In this document: in pieces, positions 57,056-64,000 of the stretch
Position numbering within the stretch: position 1 is the stretch's first letter
Layout: every line of letters begins with the position of its first letter
Virus record (IMG/VR): IMGVR_UViG_3300046507_000667
Span: 1-64,000 of that record
Direction: 5' to 3' (one strand)
DNA length: 64,000 nt
The notes under the pieces: model-generated
The model's input: only the letters and a program-made list of their open reading frames with translations
Databases searched by the model: none
Told to the model about the DNA's origin: nothing
Made by a program: the position numbers and the translations under genes

Positions 57056-58075
57056 ATGGCTAACTTATCCAATGCAAGCTCAGGATATCAAGATGTAAAT
57101 ACTCTTGATACCGCCATAGATAGAAGATATAGGGAATTTCAGGATTTCTTTCCTGATCGTAGAGCAATCAATGACCCTTTGGTCACAGGTTATAACTACA
57201 TTTTCTTTACATCTCCAGATCTATCACTGACTCAACAGAATTTCTCAGGTGCTTCTAATTCAGACACAGGTCTGCTATTAAGTAAGAATCAGTCATTTTT
57301 AAAGCTTCCGGGCGGAGGGGATAGTATTTATAATGATAATATCATTCAAATGCTATCAGGTAACTCTGGTACCTTCATGAAGCCTTTTACCAATAGAGCT
57401 ACCTCATATCCAGCTAATTCGGATCAATTAGGTACTCTTGATTATGCTGAGACATGGACTCACCATAAAATGACTCTTGGTACGACTACTAGAGATACCA
57501 AGATTGCAGGTAATTTTAATATGTCTTTTCTAGAAGATGGTGATCTTACTATGTGTAAGAGCATTAAACTATGGATGGACTATATTGAAGCTATCTTCTA
57601 TGGTGATGCTATTAGCGCTTATGCAACTCTAGAAGATCTTGACAATGCTAAAAACGGTTTTATCGATTACTACAGTAGCGCTTATATGTTCGCTACTAAG
57701 CCTGATGGCCGAACTTTATCTTATTGGTGCAAGTATACAGGTTTGTACCCTACTTCTGTTCCGTGGGATGTCTTTCATACTAACGATTCTTCTCCAAACG
57801 TAGTATCTGAAGTTAGTATTGATTTCCAGTTCGTCTATAAAGAAGATATGTCCGTTGCTGCATTACGTGACTTCAATCTTTTAGGGCAAGAAAATAAGGC
57901 TCTTCTCATTAATCCGACTGGTAGTTTCTATGATGACAATTCGGTAGATATCGGTGGTAGTAATTCCTCACCAAATATTACCAAGTCTATAGATAATCTA
58001 GGAAACCCGGTGTATACATTACACTTTGCCGATTTCCATGATGAAGCTACAAGTGGCGGATATAACGAAAATTAA
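57056..58075 (+). CDS. tail-tube-fold baseplate protein (T4 gp48/gp54-like)
   Basis: YTGLYPTSVP...VSIDFQF tube-protein-type motif; adjacent to wedge gene. Confidence 0.55.
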   Translation: MANLSNASSGYQDVNTLDTAIDRRYREFQDFFPDRRAINDPLVTGYNYIFFTSPDLSLTQQNFSGASNSDTGLLLSKNQSFLKLPGGGDSIYNDNIIQMLSGNSGTFMKPFTNRATSYPANSDQLGTLDYAETWTHHKMTLGTTTRDTKIAGNFNMSFLEDGDLTMCKSIKLWMDYIEAIFYGDAISAYATLEDLDNAKNGFIDYYSSAYMFATKPDGRTLSYWCKYTGLYPTSVPWDVFHTNDSSPNVVSEVSIDFQFVYKEDMSVAALRDFNLLGQENKALLINPTGSFYDDNSVDIGGSNSSPNITKSIDNLGNPVYTLHFADFHDEATSGGYNEN

Positions 58076-58087
58076 TAAAGGTTTACT

Positions 58088-60667
58088 ATGGCACTTACTC
58101 GTATTATTGCTGAGTCAGAAACAGTATTCCAAGAAAGAGCATTAGAAATTGCACAAAACTTCTTTGATGTTTCAAGTACATCACAATTGAAGATTGGTAG
58201 TTTCGGCTATGTCACTGGTCTTGCTTCACACATTATGCGTGATAGCACATTTCACCGTGATATGCTTTACAATGAATTCTTTCTTGTATCAGCAAGTCTT
58301 AATAGCACTCTTTATAATTGGGCTAAGACTCTTGATTATCCAATCAATTTAGCTACTCCATCACGCTTTCCAGTAGCTATTAAGTTTCCTATTTCAAGCA
58401 TTGAAGCAGCAGCTACATTGACTTCTAGTGGTATTTCAAGGGTATTCAATATCCCAAGAACTACTAAGTTCGATGTAGGTGGTTATTCATTTATGCTACC
58501 ATATGATGTAAATATTCTATTTACTCGTGGAGCTAATAACCAGCTATCAATTACTGGAACGTATGATTTTTCGATTACAAACTATTCAGATTCATCAATT
58601 ACAACTCCTTATCTGAAAACAATGCTTACAACTGAAAATGGTATTGCTTATGCTACCATTGCAGTTACATTATTTCAGTTAGATTATAAGCAGTGGATTT
58701 TCAATATTGCATCCAATGATTCACTAGATGCAGGTATTATTGAGCAAAACTATGGTTCAAATCTAGTTAGCTTTAATTCATTCTATAATCCAAATACAGT
58801 ATCAAATAATTCATATACTCCATTGGAAATGATTTTCAATGAAGTATCGCTTCCAACTACAAACCAGTATTGTTACTATACATTAATTAGTGATGATACG
58901 ATTCGTCTTTATTTCTCTAATGCTGCAAACGATTTTCGTCCTGCATACAACTCTAAAGTTGGTATTGAGACATTCACTACTCTAGCTGAAGGTGGCAATT
59001 TCACTTATAGTGGTGCAATCTCTATGCAAGGTACATTGAGTGCATTACCTTTTACAGTAGCTAATATTTCATCAGCTGCTACTGGTGGTGTGAGTATTTC
59101 ATCATTTAATGATACTCGTATTGCCCTAATGGAAAAGCTTCGCACTCGTGATAGCTATATTACTAGCTATGACCTTGAAAGCTTCTTTAAGACAAATCGT
59201 AAAAAGAATTTTACTACAAATACTGATTTTTCAGTTGTAAAGCTTCGTGATGATATCTTCCGTCGTCAATATACAGTGTATATTAATCAGAGGAATGCAA
59301 ATAACGAAGTAGTTCCAACTAATACAGTTGACCTTAAGCTTTCTATTGATGATATTGTCAATATGGATTACCGAATCAAACCCGGTACTCTAGTCATCTA
59401 TGATAGAACTTTAGGTCGTTATCGTATTCTTCAGGATTCAGAACTTCCAGAAGTATATCTAACATCATCTGATCAATATCTGTATTCAGTACCACTTCTA
59501 TTGAATTTTGATTTTAAGGAATTTCCTAAAGTAGTTCCTTATCTTACAAACTATTCAAAAGATTCAGCGCTAACGTATCATTCATACAATACTCAAATTC
59601 CATATGAGATTGTGATTAATACACTGACTCTTACTAGAGATACACTGAATAATCCTGATTATTTTGCACTTACATGTGATTTGAATACATCTGCTGTTAA
59701 TCTAGATGATATTCTTATTCGTGCAGTATTAATGCAAGATAATAAGATCATTGGCTATGCTGATATGCAACGAGGTGCTAATACTTCATCATATTCATTA
59801 GCTATTCAGACAAGTGATAAGTTTGATTCAGATGGATATTTCTTACTTGAAAATTCATTTAAGAATATAGCAGATGGCTCAGTACAATCTACTACAGCTA
59901 TTAATGGTGGATACAATGTACGTCTAGCAGTTCTAATTAAGAATTCGGCTATCAATTCAGAAGTTACAAATGCTCTGTATGATAATATGCCAGACTTACA
60001 GAACTATACACTAGTAGCAGAGCTAGATACTCAAGATACATTTACATTTGCTGAAGATCTTTCAGAAATCATGTATTATGGTCTAGATATTCGTCAAGCA
60101 ACTGGTGAAATCACTATTAAGAAAGTGCCTTTAGTTGGTTCACTATTTTATTTGAATGATTATCAGAATGCGCAGATTATGAATGACTTCTACCAGAATC
60201 TTATGGTAGCAAAGAATATGTCAGATCAGCTAGAAAATAATACAAGTATTGATGTCAAGTATTTTAATACTTGCGGTATCTCAAGGTATTTTGAATCAGA
60301 TACTATTGATTTAAGATTTAAACTTAGTATGGCACTTAATGTGTCACCTAATAAGACTCTTACTAATTCAATTAAGAATTCAATTGTATCATTTATTGAA
60401 GCTTGTAATGATGCTTCAGATAAGCAATTTGCATTCTCTAATCTGATTAAGAAGCTTGAGACTGACTATCAAGAGATTAAGTATATCAAGTTCTTCTCTA
60501 TCAATGGTGCAAATATTCAGAGTATTACTCAAACTCAGTATCTGGATACTGTGACTGAGCAACTACCCTTAGATTATGTACCAGAATATCTGACAGTCCG
60601 AAAGATTCTTCCTACAGATGCAACTCTATCCGACTTTGATTACGATATTCAAATTGATTTTATTTGA
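58088..60667 (+). CDS. baseplate wedge protein (T4 gp6-like)
   Basis: NEFFLVSASLNSTLYNWAKTLDY N-terminal motif, ATGG...TRDSYITSYDLE. Confidence 0.75.
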   Translation: MALTRIIAESETVFQERALEIAQNFFDVSSTSQLKIGSFGYVTGLASHIMRDSTFHRDMLYNEFFLVSASLNSTLYNWAKTLDYPINLATPSRFPVAIKFPISSIEAAATLTSSGISRVFNIPRTTKFDVGGYSFMLPYDVNILFTRGANNQLSITGTYDFSITNYSDSSITTPYLKTMLTTENGIAYATIAVTLFQLDYKQWIFNIASNDSLDAGIIEQNYGSNLVSFNSFYNPNTVSNNSYTPLEMIFNEVSLPTTNQYCYYTLISDDTIRLYFSNAANDFRPAYNSKVGIETFTTLAEGGNFTYSGAISMQGTLSALPFTVANISSAATGGVSISSFNDTRIALMEKLRTRDSYITSYDLESFFKTNRKKNFTTNTDFSVVKLRDDIFRRQYTVYINQRNANNEVVPTNTVDLKLSIDDIVNMDYRIKPGTLVIYDRTLGRYRILQDSELPEVYLTSSDQYLYSVPLLLNFDFKEFPKVVPYLTNYSKDSALTYHSYNTQIPYEIVINTLTLTRDTLNNPDYFALTCDLNTSAVNLDDILIRAVLMQDNKIIGYADMQRGANTSSYSLAIQTSDKFDSDGYFLLENSFKNIADGSVQSTTAINGGYNVRLAVLIKNSAINSEVTNALYDNMPDLQNYTLVAELDTQDTFTFAEDLSEIMYYGLDIRQATGEITIKKVPLVGSLFYLNDYQNAQIMNDFYQNLMVAKNMSDQLENNTSIDVKYFNTCGISRYFESDTIDLRFKLSMALNVSPNKTLTNSIKNSIVSFIEACNDASDKQFAFSNLIKKLETDYQEIKYIKFFSINGANIQSITQTQYLDTVTEQLPLDYVPEYLTVRKILPTDATLSDFDYDIQIDFI

Positions 60668-60671
60668 TATC

Positions 60672-60683
60672 AACATTCTCTTA
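60672..60683 (+). promoter_or_regulatory. late-type promoter AACA-N6-TA
   Basis: AACA TTCTCT TA. Confidence 0.7.
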
Positions 60684-60721
60684 GTTAGCATATAGAAACC
60701 AACTTTTACACAGGAATTGCT

Positions 60722-62254
60722 ATGTCAAAGTATACAGAAAGATTGGCAATGCGTCGTAAGGGTCTTCAAGAAGCTGGTCGTGAACGTGCTGAAAAGTTAC
60801 TTACAGAACAGACACAACTTCAAGAAGATTCACACGCAAAGTCATTCGTTCCACGTCGCAGTAAATTGCGCAATAGCTTTAATCAGCGTCAACGTGAGCT
60901 AAACGAAAGCCATCGCGATCGTATGCACATGTTTATTGCTGAAGTAGTTAAGCAAGCTTGTCCAGTAGATCTCTCACATGTACCACTTGAAGAAATGGTA
61001 CATCAGATTGCTGAAGTCCGTGAGACATTCAAGTCAGTCATTACAGAGAATCCAGATATTTGGCAAACACCTATTCCAGATGCAGGTACTAAGACAGCTG
61101 TAATGTCTCTAGGTAATGCCAATGGTGATTGTACTGCTGTTGATATGATCAAAGCAATGGGTACAGTATGTGCTCAGTTTGATAAGCTTGGTCGTACACA
61201 GACAGGCTCAGAAGCTAAAGATACAATTATCGGTGCTGCTAATTTCATGGATACCTTTATTGCTAAGGGTAATGATGAACATGCAATCTTCACACCACAA
61301 TTTGAGCAATTCCGTCAATCACTAATGGGTAGCCTTGCTGACAATGCTCGTAGCAAAGTCGTAATGTCCATTAAACAAGATCGTGAAATTGCAAGTCAAA
61401 AGCAAACTATCGTTGAAAATTGCCTAACAGAAGATGTACAAGGTATTGCTCGTGTTAAGTTTGAAAAAGAAGTAAAAGATCTAGACGCTCGTCCAAATAT
61501 TCTTCGTGAAGTATTCAATAGTGTCAAGCTCTTTAATGAGCATGAAACTGGTGATTCACAAGACTATATGAATGAAACAGTCTTTAATCTTACAGTTCTA
61601 GAAGTTCTTAATGAACTAGGTGAAGTCAAGGGCAAAGCTGATGACATCTGCTTACAACTTCGTAAGGATCGTCGCAGTTTTTTAAATGAAGGCCATGGAC
61701 GTTATTGGGGAGGTGCTTTTAAAGATGCAGTTACTTTTAAGCATGTAGGCAACTCCATGGCTTCTCTTTTCTCAGGTATTGCAAGCAATATCAAACGTAC
61801 TCATGAAATTGTAGATAGTACTATTTCATGGCTAGAAGATGAAAAGAAAAATAGTCATTTTGATTTCAAAAAGATTGATGAAAGCCATCTTAAGAATTTT
61901 TTTATCCATCAAGATAAAGCAGTTCATTGGCGCTTTTATTTTCTTTTAGATGATACTAAATTTGAGCAAATCAAAAAAGGTATTTCTAATGAAGGTAAAG
62001 ATACTGGGTGGTTTGATTTTTCATATAAGCCAGATGTCCTTGGTCCAGTAGTTCGTATTGCTGGTAATAAGTCAGTAGATGCATTTATTAGCCTAGCTAA
62101 GAAGTATAAAGCTCGTGCTGATGAGATTGCAGGACTTATTAAGAAAGATCCACGTAATGCTAAGGCAGTTAAACATGAAATGAAGATTGTTGCTGCAGGT
62201 GCAATGGATTTTGATTTAATGGTTAAAAACCTAGTACGTATGGCAGCAGTGTAA
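60722..62254 (+). CDS. probable head-associated protein
   Basis: 510 aa, repeated LTE/LNE motifs, late promoter. Confidence 0.7.
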   Translation: MSKYTERLAMRRKGLQEAGRERAEKLLTEQTQLQEDSHAKSFVPRRSKLRNSFNQRQRELNESHRDRMHMFIAEVVKQACPVDLSHVPLEEMVHQIAEVRETFKSVITENPDIWQTPIPDAGTKTAVMSLGNANGDCTAVDMIKAMGTVCAQFDKLGRTQTGSEAKDTIIGAANFMDTFIAKGNDEHAIFTPQFEQFRQSLMGSLADNARSKVVMSIKQDREIASQKQTIVENCLTEDVQGIARVKFEKEVKDLDARPNILREVFNSVKLFNEHETGDSQDYMNETVFNLTVLEVLNELGEVKGKADDICLQLRKDRRSFLNEGHGRYWGGAFKDAVTFKHVGNSMASLFSGIASNIKRTHEIVDSTISWLEDEKKNSHFDFKKIDESHLKNFFIHQDKAVHWRFYFLLDDTKFEQIKKGISNEGKDTGWFDFSYKPDVLGPVVRIAGNKSVDAFISLAKKYKARADEIAGLIKKDPRNAKAVKHEMKIVAAGAMDFDLMVKNLVRMAAV

Positions 62255-62261
62255 TAAGTAT

Positions 62262-62291
62262 CCCTTAACTCTCTTTACTGAGGGTTAAGGG
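62262..62291 (+). terminator. terminator hairpin
   Basis: CCCTTAAC...GTTAAGGG followed by T-rich run. Confidence 0.8.
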
Positions 62292-62304
62292 GTTTTATTT
62301 TTCC

Positions 62305-62316
62305 AACAATTCCTTA
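62305..62316 (+). promoter_or_regulatory. late-type promoter AACA-N6-TA
   Basis: AACA ATTCCT TA. Confidence 0.7.
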
Positions 62317-62338
62317 GTTTTCAATAGGAATTTAGAAT

Positions 62339-63511
62339 ATGTCAAGAATTCTCCTAGATACATATGGATCTTTGATTCATACTGCAGTAAACGATAAACC
62401 TAGATTAACTAAATTTATCACTCATATTGAGAAGTACTTTGATAAGAACCATGCTATCGTTTTTGATCAAGGACCAACTAAGAAATTACTATTTGCTAAT
62501 AGTGATAAGCAAGTAGTATATGATTTTCTCGGTATGTCCGATAAAGATGTAGCTGATGTAAAGAAAGTTATTAAGACAGTACCTACTATTTACTCTAAAG
62601 GTATTATGCTTAATGACCCATTCGTCATCTTATCAGTATATATTGTACGTGAACTTCATGTTCAAAAGCTTGTTAGACAGCGTGATTTAGTTCTTATGTA
62701 TTTAGCATTTAAGAACTATTCAAGCTCTCAGAATAAGTTCTTCAAGTATGGTGCTAATGAACAGGTTATGGCCTTTACTTTGAATAATCTATCAGATAAG
62801 TTCAAATATAAGGTATTAAAGAATAACTATGCTGTACTTAAAGATACAGTAATGAATTCACACATGACATATGAAAAACTGTTAGAAACTGGCACAGATG
62901 ATATGCCGCCAATTTACTATATTCAGTTACATAGTCGTGTCAATAAGATCATTCGTAATATTGCTGGGGAGTATTACACAAACTATAATGAGAAGCGTTA
63001 TATCAATTCAGTTAAGACCTATGATGAAGAATCAGGTGGACTTATTGATTATGAAAATTCTTCTGCTCTTATTAGTGGTTTAGCTGAAGGTACACTAAGC
63101 TATTTTCTAAGCTCTTCTGTCAATATGAATCTTGTAAAGACAGTATCTGAACGAAATTCTATTCCTTCTAGTACTGTATTTCAGGCTCTTAATGCTATTA
63201 AGAAAGAAGAAGATCCTTTAGTAATCCAACTAATGATTACTAAGATTCTAACGATTATCTATGATGATAATCCAGATCTTTTAGGACGAGTTTGTTCACA
63301 AGACTTTGCAATTAATGCTATTAAGCAATTGTCAATTTCTAATACAACTAATCCTAATCTTATTGAGCTAAAGAATATTCTTGATAAGTGGCTAATGACA
63401 TACAATATTAAGTATGCACAGACACAACGATTAGCTACTAAGATGGCTTATCGTAATGCATTATATAGCTACTTTGTATATATTCTTATTCTCAATAAGT
63501 GTAAGAGTTAA
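62339..63511 (+). CDS. hypothetical helical protein
   Basis: 390 aa, AGGA SD. Confidence 0.8.
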   Translation: MSRILLDTYGSLIHTAVNDKPRLTKFITHIEKYFDKNHAIVFDQGPTKKLLFANSDKQVVYDFLGMSDKDVADVKKVIKTVPTIYSKGIMLNDPFVILSVYIVRELHVQKLVRQRDLVLMYLAFKNYSSSQNKFFKYGANEQVMAFTLNNLSDKFKYKVLKNNYAVLKDTVMNSHMTYEKLLETGTDDMPPIYYIQLHSRVNKIIRNIAGEYYTNYNEKRYINSVKTYDEESGGLIDYENSSALISGLAEGTLSYFLSSSVNMNLVKTVSERNSIPSSTVFQALNAIKKEEDPLVIQLMITKILTIIYDDNPDLLGRVCSQDFAINAIKQLSISNTTNPNLIELKNILDKWLMTYNIKYAQTQRLATKMAYRNALYSYFVYILILNKCKS

Positions 63512-63519
63512 GGAATAAT

Positions 63520-64000
63520 ATGCTCATTAATTCATTAGAAGAAGCAGGTATTATTAGGCAAGAGTATAAACCTACTCTACTTGAAGCGGTATATAAGAGA
63601 CATCCAGTTCTTATTCAATGTGAAAAACTACTAGATCAATATATTCAAAAAGTAACTTCACCATTAAATGCTAATTTCTTTGATAGCGAAAAGATTCTTC
63701 AAGAAGTTCAGACTTTACTAGGAAAGCATTTTGGATATAGCGAGTTAGTTATTTCCAACCAACGGTTTTCATTTGGTAGACAAACTGAAACTACTGTCTA
63801 TAAGGATGGTAATACTGTAACTGGTATTGAATCTAAAGAAGTAGTTAACTTTAGAACAAACTTCAAGAATATTGATGCTCATACTTTTAAGTCTATTTCA
63901 GTACAGAAATTAAATCCTTTTGTAGATGACTTAGATATATATGAAAATACAGGCTATAATATTCGATATAAGCCTGGAATGAATTCATTCAATCTTATCC
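63520..64000 (+). CDS. 5' part of a hypothetical protein running off the window end (MLINSLEEAG...LLEA...)
   Basis: AAGGA SD, ATG 63520, open to window edge. Confidence 0.75.
   Translation, partial: MLINSLEEAGIIRQEYKPTLLEAVYKRHPVLIQCEKLLDQYIQKVTSPLNANFFDSEKILQEVQTLLGKHFGYSELVISNQRFSFGRQTETTVYKDGNTVTGIESKEVVNFRTNFKNIDAHTFKSISVQKLNPFVDDLDIYENTGYNIRYKPGMNSFNLI

Noticed and set aside
390-63083. Many 60-140 aa track ORFs antisense or out of frame to longer genes (e.g. 529-786, 19062-19442, 23179-23556, 30304-30615, 53289-53699, 55738-56169)
   Set aside because: Shadow ORFs overlapping well-supported genes, without SD or promoter support
1-64000. CRISPR arrays, tRNA genes, inteins, transposases, major capsid or chimallin genes
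   Set aside because: No regularly spaced repeats, no cloverleaf with T-loop consensus, no intein splice motifs in the polymerase/RNAP genes and no recognisable motifs for the others; the conserved hairpins are single and dispersed

Overview
AT-rich (roughly one-third G+C by eye) 64-kb segment of a jumbo myophage related to the phiKZ / AR9-PBS1 / phiR1-37 groups. The host is probably Gram-negative, because a two-component spanin pair is present. The window encodes three subunits of split multisubunit RNA polymerases (beta N, beta' N, beta' C), a two-subunit family-B DNA polymerase, portal, baseplate/tail proteins, a paralogous head-protein family, RNase HI, an SSB-like protein, a HAD nucleotidase and a ~12-kb block of small early genes. 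Three closely related group I introns interrupt the portal gene, the DNA polymerase exonuclease-subunit gene and the RNAP beta' catalytic DxDGD motif; all splice junctions can be placed from P1/P10 pairing. Two intron endonuclease genes look damaged, and the third intron carries an ORF with no clear nuclease motif. Two phage promoter motifs (AAATATATTAT early-type, AACA-N6-TA AR9 late-type) and a family of long conserved hairpins are recoverable from intergenic DNA. The most unexplained element is a ~720-nt non-coding, densely base-paired region (5760-6480) with long-range pairings and an embedded 34-codon ORF, a candidate large structured RNA of no family I can recognise. No tRNA, rRNA or CRISPR array was seen. 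All functional calls come from motif recognition by eye, not database searches.
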